Of a stretch of 19,798 bases of DNA, positions 1 through 11,633 are shown piece by piece. Within the stretch, counting starts at the first letter, position 1; each line of letters begins with the position of its first letter. The position numbers were made by a program, and so were the translations under genes. Origin of the DNA: Ginkgo biloba (lineage: Eukaryota > Plantae > Ginkgophyta); the NCBI GenBank assembly GCA_024626585.2, contig JANKJI020000004.1, positions 167,133,980 to 167,153,777 on the forward strand, in the 5' to 3' direction. The notes beneath the pieces were generated by a model that saw only the letters and a program-made list of their open reading frames with translations, was not told the origin of the DNA and searched no databases.

Positions 1-1884
1 ATCATATCTACATATATGGTTCAATAGAATGGCTCCAAGTCCATCTTGGTGTTGATTTTCATCAATAATCTAGAAGTGGGAATAGAAGATGATGTTAAAG
101 AGGAACCCCCACTAACTGTATTCTAAGTCAAAGTCTCTAACTTTACTATGATGCTAGAAACCTACTACCTTAATAATTCATAGAAGCTATTGATGGTGGT
201 TATGGTGTGGCTAGTGATTTATTCTTCGCCATGAAAATTCACATATAATACAAATATGTAAGTAACAAGGAACAAAGGAAGATAAATTAAAAAAATTAAA
301 AAAAAATTAACAATATGGAAAAGTTCAGAATCTAAAATAAAGATTTGGTACTAATAGCTAAGAAGTTGAAGAATGGAAATATAAGTACCTTTTTTCTAAT
401 TATACATCTTTGTGGTATTTATGAGATATACTAATATGGTTTTCTAGAGTGTTTTAGAATATTAAAAAAAAAAATAGTATAATATGTACAAAGTTGTTAG
501 CAAAAATATGCTCAATAGTATGTTTCAAATCCACATATTATTGTAAAATATAACGTGAAAAAATATGGAGAGATCATCCTATAATATTTACTTCTTAAAA
601 ACCATAAACAAATGGAAACATATGAGTTTTTCCATGCCTTATTACATGTTTAGATTTTCTCTACAAAGAAACACACTCACTACTAAAATCCAATTACTAT
701 CTAAAATATTTGCATATGTATGTAAGGATGAAATGTTATTAGAATATGGATACATACAATATCTTATGTAAAACATAACTCCATGGAATATGAATGAATA
801 GAACTCATAAAAATAATTAACAATGGGAACATTTAATGCTAAAATGGTGCCAACATATTATATCTAATGTTATTCATTTTTAAGTGGTTGAGTTGTAGTT
901 AATGGTGTTAATAGCCATTGTGCCACTTCACATAGGCTCTTTCAAATAATAGCAANNNNNNNNNNNNNNNNNNNNNNNNNNNNNNNNNNNNNNNNNNNNN
1001 NNNNNNNNNNNNNNNNNNNNNNNNNNNNNNNNNNNNNNNNNNNTTAGTCAATACATTTTGTCTTTTAAGCCATGCTATGCACATGTTAAAGTCCTCCATG
1101 TGATTTCATTCAAATTATTCAATTAGAGACGGATTATTTTCTTATTTATTCACTCATTTATTCAATTCCAAATATTATCTAGTAACAATGAACCTTAAAT
1201 ACTATATCACACAAAGTTATTTTCCATTTTAACATGGAGAGAAGCCATTATTTCTTAGTAAAGTAATAGGAATAGATGTGCATTAATTAATTCAAATAGA
1301 TCTTATATTGTGCATCTAAAAGNNNNNNNNNNNNNNNNNNNNNNNNNNNNNNNNNNNNNNNNNNNNNNNNNNNNNNNNNNNNNNTAGGGATGGAAGTGGA
1401 TCAATTTATATTAAATCATGATTAAAACACCTCAAAATAATCATACATAACATATCAAAACATACAAAAAATATCATCTAAAAAATGTGTCTATGTAGTA
1501 ATTATATAGGATTTTCTTGATTTATTATGTTATGCACTCAAATTCCTAATAGTGATTACTAAAATTATTATACCAAGGAGCTCACTGCACTATGATTGAC
1601 CACGATGTAATTTTCTAATTTAATACTTTTTGGTCTTCCTTAAGGAAAGCATTTTGTGCACCTAAATGTAAAGATTGCATTTTATTATTGTTAACACATA
1701 AAGGAAAGGTTGTTAATTATTTAATTAGGATTCAAACATTAGTGATAACATTTAAATGTGAAATTAGATAAAATCATAANNNNNNNNNNNNNNNNNNNNN
1801 NNNNNNNNNNNNNNNNNNNNNNNNNNNNNNNNNNNNNNNNNNNNNNNNNNNNNNNNNNNNNNNNNNNNNNNNNNNNNNNGGAAT

Positions 1885-1928
1885 CCCCCTAAAGGGGGTC
1901 TACGGATAGTGCCCTTGGATATCAAGGG
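1885..1928. repeat. Two adjacent short GC-rich inverted repeats
   Basis: CCCCC-taaa-GGGGG (1885-1898) and CCCTTG-gatat-CAAGGG (1912-1928) lie in a very AT-rich background. Confidence 0.5.
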
Positions 1929-3425
1929 TTATTATAAGGATAATTTTCACTTTAAAATCTTGAAGTCTAATGTTTTTTCTTAAGTTATATATTACACATA
2001 ATTATAAAATTATAAAGTGTTATGATGAACAATAGAGGCATAATATCATGCATGTCTATGATTTAGCAAAAGTCTATGTCATTGTAAAAAAGTTATGACA
2101 TCTTTAAAGGTTGCAACTTTGTAAAGTTAAACAATAAGAAAGAAAGGTGTAATATTACACATGGTTCTCATATTACAAAAAATTATGATTTTTTTTCAAA
2201 AATTTTGAAATTATAATCATAGATAAAAAATAACTAATCCATTGTTTGAATGTACTAGTTCGATCGTAGTTTGTATATGCTTAAAAAATGATAGCATATG
2301 CTCCCTACATTCATGGAGATATCAAAGAAACTAACTGCCATAGGATTTACCATCCCATTTCTTATCGATTGTAATCATTTGACCCTTGTTAAAACCAAAT
2401 TACTCACATCTATCATATACAATAGATTATAGATATGAATTGTCGACCTTCAAGCATTTATTTGAGGTTGATATACAAGTTAATAGCAATAACATAGGTA
2501 TCATTATGTAGTAATTTAGAACACTCGATATGTTTGGTAACTGTAACCACTTATAAAGGAACTAATCCATTTATGCAAATGAATAATCAAATTACTAAAA
2601 ATATAAATAAAGGCAGCATGACATTAGTGCTTATTACCTATAATGAAGAAAAAGTGGGGCTCTAACTAAAGACAATTTTCATATGTAGCTTACATAGATT
2701 ATTGAATAGAAATACACACACACAAAAACCCAAAATTTTAAGGAGAAGATGGGTAAGGGAAGGGAAGAAGAACAATATCGAAATCATCAGGAGGAAGTGA
2801 ACATAAGACTCATTAATTTATTCTCTCATATATGAATAACCAAATACAAACCATTTATGGATTAACTTTTCTCCTGAAAGCAAACTCAACTAATCCACCA
2901 TGTAATTTTTTCCATTCCTAAACTTCTTTGGTACTCTCTAGATGAGTATACCATTGATATAGTATACCTTATGGTATAAATACATGATCATTTATATTCA
3001 TGAAACTCTTTTTTGTATTTTTCACCGCATGATATCTTTCCCATATCATTTAAGATTTCCTCAAAAACTTTACAGGACATTCCTTCCTATCATATTGCAA
3101 CTTCATCCTTCTAGAATTGACTCTATTAAACCTAGCTAAAAATATTATCCTTGCAATACTTTAATTCTTTTTTATCAGTCTTGCACCATCTTATTACTTG
3201 GTCTCTTAATATGTTTTCAAATAATATAATGTTTCTTTCTAAATCAATTTCTTTATCCAGTCTTAGAAACCAATTCAAATGCCCTCTTGCATCTAATTTC
3301 TTATAAAAAAAATATTTCTTTGAGCNNNNNNNNNNNNNNNNNNNNNNNNNNNNNNNNNNNNNNNNNNNNNNNNNNNNNNNNNNNNNNNNNNNNNNNNNNN
3401 NNNNNNNNNNNNNNNNNNNNNNNNN

Positions 3426-3715
3426 GTATTTTGACCACTTCTTGATATTAATGGAGATGGGTGTTTCTGACCTAATGAGTATTCTTGGTTTAAAGCATAA
3501 TAAGTTTTCTATCACCATAGATATGTAATCTATTAAATTTTAATTCTAATGCTTTCTCCATCCCTATGATCAAGGATTATACTCAGTGACATTATTAGAA
3601 TGAGAAAACTCTAACTTGACACTGAAGTCAAAGGAAATATTAGACTCACTATAGAGGATAAAACCTATCCCAACCCCATTTTGGTTACGAGCACCATCAA
3701 ATGTCAAGGTCTAAA
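3426..3715 (-). pseudogene. Additional ('archaeal-type') RNase H domain of Tat elements (decayed)
   Basis: Translation *TLTFDGARNQNGVGIGFIL...SVKLEFSHSNNVTEY, then a 1-nt frameshift, then SLIIGMEKALELKFNRLHIYGDRKLIML*TKNTH*VRNTHLH*YQEVV. This matches W.L.FDGA....G.G.G / L.F..TNN.AEYE.L..GL..A / GDS.L+..Q of the RNase HI-like family. Confidence 0.92.
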
Positions 3716-3944
3716 TGTCACCCCTAATATCTAGGCTAATATTTGTGTTAAATGATTCTAAGTGGAACTACTTAAAGAGAGCACAAGTATTGAGACCTGA
3801 ATCTAAGAGTATGGGATTTTGATTGGATTCTTCATTCAATTTTCCTCTAGTGAAATGAAAATGATTAAATTTCCAAACCTCATGATGAATTCTCTCTATA
3901 CCACCATTATAGGGAATAATAATAATATTCTTATGCATACTGAT

Positions 3945-4259
3945 ATTGAATTTATAATCATTGATCTAGGGTTTTCATCATAGGATGGTATAGGGATCCA
4001 TAGCATTGATAACTATAAATGTTAAAATGGCATATACGTCTATTTGTTTGATGGAAACATTGACATATTTGACTTATCCTAGAGCTTGAAAGTTGTTTCT
4101 ATAAAATCCCTTTAGGATATCATGGTACATTCCAAGAAATTTAAGACCTAATCACTTCATCATTGTTAAGGACACAATATTATGAGCATATCCATTGTTA
4201 ACTAAGAATTTGCTTAGAATGACATTATTAAGATGGATCAATATATAAAAGGGATGTTT
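3945..4259 (-). pseudogene. Retroviral-type aspartic protease (decayed)
   Basis: Translation KHPFYILIHLNNVILSKFLVNNGYAHNIVSLTMMK*LGL...LKGFYRNNFQALG*VKYVNVSI...LTFIVINAMDPYTIL**KP*I. LVNNGY corresponds to the catalytic LVDNGS motif (D to N), and YTIL**KP*I corresponds to Y.ILLGRPWI. Confidence 0.87.
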
Positions 4260-5419
4260 CCATTTTAGTATTAAAACAAGTATTGTATAGATTCAGGGGT
4301 GGATTTTTCATAAAGTTGAGATCTGTAAGAAGGTTATCCTTTCATTAAGGTATATTTAAATCATCGAGGAGGCTCATAATAGTAGTATGATTCTATAAAT
4401 ACTTGATAAACTTATAGGATTACTATGATAGGAAGGAGGAATGAGACACAATATTTTGTTGAGTAATTAATGGATGATGATGTTGTTATCACTATATAGG
4501 GGGTAGAGGAGAAATAGTTGATTTACCTTTATCCCCTTTTGTAGTAATAGATTAAGGATTTATCATATGTGACCTAGTTTGAACTAGACACTTTGTCCCT
4601 TCGCCATTATTGCTAAGGTATTAGATGCTTCCTCCTTGTCAAGAGGAATATGATTAATTTAAAGGGAAGGATTTTTTGAAGACTCTTAGTGGTTGATAAA
4701 GGGATTCCATAAGGAATGGATGACCTATCATCCTTTGTAATTTCTACCTAAACCTTGAGTAGTACTTACATTCATTAGGGTANNNNNNNNNNNNNNNNNN
4801 NNNNNNNNNNNNNNNNNNNNNNNNNNNNNNNNNNNNNNNNNNNNNNNNNNNNNNNNNNNNNNNNNNNNNNNNNNNNNNNNNNNNNNNNNNNNNNNNNNNN
4901 NNNNNNNNNNNNNNNNNNNNNNNNNNNNNNNNNNNNNNNNNNNNNNNNNNNNNNNNNNNNNNNNNNNNNNNNNNNNNNNNNNNNNNNNNNNNNNNNNNNN
5001 NNNNNNNNNNNNNNNNNNNNNNNNNNNNNNNNNNNNNNNNNNNNNNNNNNNNNNNNNNNNNNNNNNNNNNNNNNNNNNNNNNNNNNNNNNNNNNNNNNNN
5101 NNNNNNNNNNNNNNNNNNNNNNNNNNNNNNNNNNNNNNNNNNNNNNNNNNNNNNNNNNNNNNNNNNNNNNNNNNNNNNNNNNNNNNNNNNNNNNNNNNNN
5201 NNNNNNNNNNNNNNNNNNNNNNNNNNNNNNNNNNNNNNNNNNNNNNNNNNNNNNNNNNNNNNNNNNNNNNNNNNNNNNNNNNNNNNNNNNNNNNNNNNNN
5301 NNNNNNNNNNNNNNNNNNNNNNNNNNNNNNNNNNNNNNNNNNNNNNNNNNNNNNNNNNNNNNNNNNNNNNNNNNNNNNNNNNNNNNNNNNNNNNNNNNNN
5401 NNNNNNNNNNNNNNNNNNN

Positions 5420-5586
5420 GATACCATTTAATGGCATCATCAATAAAATTATGATAGAAGAGTCACAAGGTGACTTATTCTATTAAAACTCTAAGAGTAT
5501 AATAGGGCTTGAGGTAGGCTTGTATGTGATCATTTAGGTTACCATACAAGTTTCAAGAATACTTGGGAAAAGGGATGTCAATAGTC
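5420..5586 (-). pseudogene. gag: Retrotransposon gag (Retrotrans_gag-type) fragment
   Basis: Translation TIDIPFPKYS*NLYGNLNDHIQAYLKPYYTLRVLIE*VTL*LFYHNFIDDAIKWY matches the gypsy gag pattern PKY.G...P.DH...(Y/F)....L.V..E.V..RLF......A..WY. It runs into the 637-N gap. Confidence 0.8.
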
Positions 5587-6984
5587 AACAAAGGTACATG
5601 TTGGCCATCAAGGAACAATGGATTAGGAATAAGCCAAGGAGATTCCATGTGCTATGGATTGTGATGATTATGGTTTGAGAGATAGGTGAATTTAGTTTGT
5701 ATAACTTATACCCTTCTATAATGCTTAGGAATAGTGGATTATAAACATCCATTTGACATAAAAGTGGAATTTGGAGATTAGTTTATCCTTAGTATGGTCA
5801 CTAGAAATGTTGACTTGCATGAATCCAAGTTGAAATGATAATGTTATAGGATGGTATTCTATATTCCCTTAGATAAAATATATAGTTGAGGTTCCAAATC
5901 AAACTATGCTATAGGTTAGCATTATGAGGGGGTGGAGTGAAAATATAAGGGTGAGCATTAACATGAATTAGAAAAAAGAGGACCCTAATGGTAATTAAAT
6001 AGATTTCATTACATTCAAACTAGGCCATTAGCATAGGAATGACATGGTAGAAAAAACTACACACCTATACGAGGTGGTCAGATTTTGGTTTCAAGTTTTG
6101 AGNNNNNNNNNNNNNNNNNNNNNNNNNNNNNNNNNNNNNNNNNNNNNNNNNNNNNNNNNNNNNNNNNNNNNNNNNNNNNNNNNNNNNNNNNNNNNNNNNN
6201 NNNNNNNNNNNNNNNNATTTTCTTAAATTTTAAATATAAAAATCTAATTGAATAACATAAAAATCTTAAAAAAATAAATAATAAGAGTGCAATGAGAAAG
6301 ATTAAAAATGATTTATGCAACTTTACTGTAACAATTTGGAGTATTAGCTTGGAGCTAAACTACACAAATGTGCACAACTAGCTTGGAGCATGTGTTGTCC
6401 TAATTGATTGGCCATCAATATTGAAGCCTCATCAACTAGGCAAGTCCAACTTTGATATGGAATGCTTGGTTGCGAACACATGGGGTTCAAGTGCCTCACG
6501 CAATGAACTATTCCCTAGTCCTTCAACTGCATCTCGACTATTTCTTCACACTTCATATAGATAAAGTCCTTTTATCTTTATTTGTGTACCTTCTCCCTAC
6601 TTGTATAGCACCAAATTATCATGGTGTGGATTGCACTCGTCCATCATCCAACCTCAATTTATATATGGTATAAATATGATAAGAAATAAATTAGCTAAAC
6701 CCCATCAATTGTGAAGAGCACTATAAGGGGACATTTGGAGTACATCAAAAGAATGTTTAACACGTTATCATGATTGGACCTTGTAATGAATAGCCTCAAA
6801 CAAATCATATGATTTGAATATTTTTAGATTATAAGAAAGGTTTAAATTAAAATTCTAATNNNNNNNNNNNNNNNNNNNNNNNNNNNNNNNNNNNNNNNNN
6901 NNNNNNNNNNNNNNNNNNNNNNNNNNNNNNNNNNNNNNNNNNNNNNNNNNNNNNNNNNNAAAATGTGTGGGTGAAAACACCTGA

Positions 6985-7024
6985 ATATCACTGTTGTGAG
7001 GTGTGTATAAACTCCCCATCAACA
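6985..7024. mobile_element. Possible LTR terminus (...gtgtgtataaactccccatcaACA)
   Basis: The reverse complement starts TGTTGATG...TTTATACAC, which resembles common plant gypsy LTR ends. No partner terminus, PBS or TSD was found. Confidence 0.28.
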
Positions 7025-9084
7025 CACTAGAGCAAGCTTGTATGGTGGCTATTATATTTGTAGGTTGTCCATTTCTTGATGGCAACTTTGGTTCCATGTT
7101 GCAACTCTATCCCATGGAGGCTATGTTTGGTGCAAAGCATTTTACCCTATGCAATTTGCTTTAATACCATGATTTATGTTGTTTAGAGGCTATCACCTTC
7201 TATTAGGGTTTTAAATTCTATTATCCTCAGGGTTGATTATTTTTGTGTATAATGGTTTTTTTCTCCCTGTGTGGTGTTTGAGTTCTATGGTTTTGTCCTT
7301 TGGCACCCTATCTGGTGGCCAAGTATCAAATGTTTTAGCTCTCACAACTCCCTGCATGGTGTAAATTTTTTCTTTTGGCACACTACATGGTGACCATGGT
7401 TCAATCTACCCTTAGGGTAAGTTTCTATTTAGGACACCTGGTCTTAGGCTAGGGTTTTATGTAATTTTTCTGACTATGTTAATAGAAGAAGAAATCAATT
7501 GCAAAAAAAACGAAGTAGATCCTTAATGATTAATAACTAATGAAGTTAGATGAAGAAATATCCAAAAATAAAAAGAGTTGCATGCATTTAGTAATGAGTG
7601 TAGGTATGGAGATGATAAGAATGAACATAACCTAAAAAAAAGGGTATGAAACCCATAAAATGCCTTAAGCCCCTTTGAGAGTCAAGCCTAGGGTCATGTG
7701 GAGGTAGCATGAAACCATGTGTTATAAGAATTGTGAATCTCCCTTTAATAAATCAAAATCAACCTTATAAGAAAACTTAGGATAATTTTTATAAGAAAAT
7801 ACACAACAACAACTTGTGTGACTCAAATCGGGCCTATTATGCATCCAGATTGTAGAGGAATATTATGACTTACATCGACGAATCCCAAAGTGATAGAAGA
7901 AAGAATGATACCTGCATAACATGAAGAATAGCACAATTTGGATATGATGTAATAGGAAATAAATTTAAAATTTTATCAAATAGGGCATTCGAGTGTTGGT
8001 TATAATCTAACTAAGAATAATTATGCGACTAGATTCCATCATTTATAGAGCTAAAATAGTGAGAGAGAAGTCACAGNNNNNNNNNNNNNNNNNNNNNNNN
8101 NNNNNNNNNNNNNNNNNNNNNNNNNNNNNNNNNNNNNNNNNNNNNNNNNNNNNNNNNNNNNNNNNNNNNNNNNNNNNNNNNNNNNNNNNNNNNNNNNNNN
8201 NNNNNNNNNNNNNNNNNNNNNNNNNNNNNNNNNNNNNNNNNNNNNNNNNNNNNNNNNNNNNNNNNNNNNNNNNNNNNNNNNNNNNNNNNNNNNNNNNNNN
8301 NNNNNNNNNNNNNNNNNNNNNNNNNNNNNNNNNNNNNNNNNNNNNNNNNNNNNNNNNNNNNNNNNNNNNNNNNNNNNNNNNNNNNNNNNNNNNNNNNNNN
8401 NNNNNNNNNNNNNNNNNNNNNNNNNNNNNNNNNNNNNNNNNNNNNNNNNNNNNNNNNNNNNNNNNNNNNNNNNNNNNNNNNNNNNNNNNNNNNNNNNNNN
8501 NNNNNNNNNNNNNNNNNNNNNNNNNNNNNNNNNNNNNNNNNNNNNNNNNNNNNNNNNNNNNNNNNNNNNNNNNNNNNNNNNNNNNNNNNNNNNNNNNNNN
8601 NNNNNNNNNNNNNNNNNNNNNNNNNNNNNNNNNNNNNNNNNNNNNNNNNNNNNNNNNNNNNNNNNNNNNNNNNNNNNNNNNNNNNNNNNNNNNNNNNNNN
8701 NNNNNNNNNNNNNNNNNNNNNNNNNNNNNNNNNNNNNNNNNNNNNNNNNNNNNNNNNNNNNNNNNNNNNNNNNNNNNNNNNNNNNNNNNNNNNNNNNNNN
8801 NNNNNNNNNNNNNNNNNNNNNNNNNNNNNNNNNNNNNNNNNNNNNNNNNNNNNNNNNNNNNNNNNNNNNNNNNNNNNNTTCTGAATGGTCTAGGGTCTTG
8901 TTCATCTTTATCAGGTTTCTTACAGGAAGGCTTCAAAGGAAAATATAACTAGGAGGACATTAGTTTTTTCCTGAAGAATAAGGTGACCAGTCTTGAGGAA
9001 TTAAATTTATAGATCGGGTGGCGAGATGCCATTAAAATGCAAATGAGAACTATGTGTAGGTGCTTTTACATTTATGCACAAAAT

Positions 9085-9134
9085 AAGACCCCCATTTGGC
9101 ACTAAGGGAGAATGGGTGTGTTGCAACAATAACA
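9085..9134. mobile_element. Possible LTR terminus (...cccccatttgg...gtgtgttgcaacaataACA)
   Basis: An AACA-ending motif follows a non-coding, LTR-like tract. The other end was not identified, and an 802-N gap lies upstream. Confidence 0.25.
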
Positions 9135-11633
9135 TATACCAGGGGTCTAAACTGACTAATCTCCTATTTGTGAGGACAACCATTTTTTCTTCTCAAGATC
9201 ATCTGTTTTGTAACTGTTTTAGACTCCTATGTAAGTGAGAGGTTGTCACATCCCACATGTCCTACCTACTTTATGGATCTATTTTAATATATCATTCAAA
9301 GAGAAAGGATAGTCCCTTTGCTTCTCCTTGTAATGGGATGGGACATGTATAAATTTTCTTGGAAAGAAATGGATGGATCACTCATAGACTGGAAAAAGTA
9401 TCATTCACTTATCTTCCACTACAAAGATCCTATCTCTAGCCAAATCCATCTAATTCTTCTCTCATTATTTCTCCCATTGGCAGATCATCTAGAGGAGGAG
9501 CAACCTAAACTACTTACAAGAAGGAGAATGAAGATTCTATACATTCTCCATGATGGACACCACCTTTTATTTCCAATTCCATCCATTTCTTCCTCCCCCC
9601 CACACCCTGAAAAGAGATTTTTAATTAAGGAGTGCATGAATTATAGCACCCAACCTCGTCCTACTTCTATTCTTCATCATATTGCTTTCCTCCATTTGCT
9701 AAAATAACCCATTTATAGAAAAATTGGCCAATGTCTTATGACCTTCCTATAGCTTCCTGAATGACCTTTAGACTGATCTTTGAAGGCTAATTTTTTATGG
9801 AATGGATCTACTTGTACTTAATAGTAGAGTAAAGCTAGGTATTCCCTAAATAGATATAATGGATGCAATATTATCAGAAGTGGCCCTCATAAATAATACA
9901 CTCTCTTATTCATGGACTTCATAGCTAGTCCTATCTCACCTAGGTGACATAAGCTAACCAAGACTAACTTGATTATAATCTAACTTGGGGGACTTTCTCT
10001 CTCTCCCCCTATTTATATTAGATAATATATTGATTAACATATCCTAGAGGCTTTATACATTCACGGTAAGGCCAGGAGAGGCTTACCTCACCCAAGAAAG
10101 TGGAGTGAATGCGATGGGACCTGCGATGGTATAAAAAACATTAGAGCATGTGTGTTAAATAAAAAAAGAGATCTAGTGTCCTGGTAAGGTGGAAGTAATC
10201 CTGATATGCTTGGGAAGACAAAAGGGGCCNNNNNNNNNNNNNNNNNNNNNNNNNNNNNNNNNNNNNNNNNNNNNNNNNNNNNNNNNNNNNNNNNNNNNNN
10301 NNNNNNNNNNNNNNNNNNNNNNNNNNNNNCTTCCATCTACTTAATATATGTGCAAATATTTACATTCATTAGATGCCCATTTCTTTATATTAAATATATA
10401 ATACAATGATAAATAAACAATTGATGTTGCCTTAGATTCTTAGTCTCAAAGGAGTTGAGTCATGAATCAGTCAGAATCTTCTCATATTTTGACACAAGTC
10501 AATCACCTATTATTGTATTCATATTATGGCACCTATTATCTTTGCTCACATTTTTTTATGTTATTCGTATTGTTATACCAGCCATCTTTAGTCATATTTT
10601 TTTTACAGTGCTACTTCATAATGGTTCTATCATTTAATTTCCTACATTTGAACATGGCCAATTGTTAGTCATGTAAATTTTCCACCCATCCCTTGCACAT
10701 TACCACAAGATACAAACCATAACATAGGATTTAAGGTATGCTTATACATATATATGAGGATAGGCTTACCATGAGATGCAAGGCATAAATGGTTTTACTA
10801 GGTTGGTTATTTACCAATGGTTGAACTCTAATTTAATAAGTAATTCCTAATGATTTCAATCTCCTCCATTATCTATGTATGTCTATTTTCCAAGTTTGGC
10901 ATCTCTATTAATAACCACAACACAAGAACATAATAAATCTTTCATTATTTTTCCTTTTTTAGATGCATAGAGAACTATATGCATATGCATGAATGCATAT
11001 GAAAATGTGAATCATATAGTTGATATGTTTAAACATAAAATATTAAATCATTTACAAAGATTACTCAAATTTTAGTAAAATAATTAATGGAGTATAAATA
11101 AAAGGTATAAGACCAAGATAAACAAATATAGTGGAGATTGTTAATTTGTAGATGGTGAGAGATATGTGTCAAAATAGCTTGAGTATAATTTATTGGGTTT
11201 GTACTATAATACATTCATAGAAAAAATATCCACATCCATTAGTTATAATTATTATAATGGTAATTTAAGCATATAGCATTTGTCCAAACTCATGATCATC
11301 TCATAATGCTTAAAATCACTAAAGTGTATGTGTTAAATTAACTTGTTATATATAACAATTTTTAATAGTTTTCAACATTTCTAGACATGTCTTTTATGTA
11401 AATAAGAGTAAGGGACACTAAATTTTATATACCCTTTGCAAGATTNNNNNNNNNNNNNNNNNNNNNNNNNNNNNNNNNNNNNNNNNNNNNNNNNNNNNNN
11501 NNNNNNNNNNNNNNNNNNNNNNNNNNNNNNNNNNNNNNNNNNNNNAAAAACTAAAGTACAAGCATTATGAATACCTAGCATGAGTAGGTTAGAGATAGGT
11601 CCACTAACTCAGAGAATACCATCTCTTCTCCTA

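Larger units (their letters stand above)
3426..5590 (-). mobile_element. Decayed Ty3/gypsy LTR retrotransposon internal region, Tat superclade (TatI/TatII-like order gag-PR-aRH)
   Basis: Manual minus-strand translation gives a gag capsid motif (5420-5586), a gag-PR linker (YKFIKYL*NHTTIMSLLDDLNIP, ~4340-4420), an aspartic protease (3945-4259) and an RNase HI-like domain (3426-3715), all collinear. There are many in-frame stops and one frameshift. The remnant is cut off by a 100-N gap at 3326-3425. Confidence 0.88.

Noticed and set aside
908-1099. MEDFNMCIA...LLLFERAYVKWHNG resembling the LINE endonuclease GDFN motif
   Set aside because: The match is only 3-4 residues, it is split by a gap, and no other EN or RT motifs flank it.
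2775-2795. CTGATGA on the minus strand (hammerhead ribozyme core; also at ~11989)
   Set aside because: No stem II plus GAAA and no closing helices are present. The second instance lies within gag coding sequence.
6400-6673. Relatively GC-richer tract with a 73-aa ORF, possible exon
   Set aside because: No recognisable protein appears in the frames examined, and there are no convincing splice signals or partner exons.
4744-8952. Long ORFs in the track (4744-5443 and 8023-8952; likewise 15234-15614)
   Set aside because: They consist almost entirely of X from N-runs and are artefacts of the gaps.
9318-9707. 129-aa gap-free plus-strand ORF
   Set aside because: It has a TTG start, no recognisable motif and a low-complexity L/H/S/P composition, and it sits amid repeat debris.
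9985-9993. TTGGGGGAC as a possible polypurine tract
   Set aside because: It is not followed by a TG LTR start and is too short to be meaningful.
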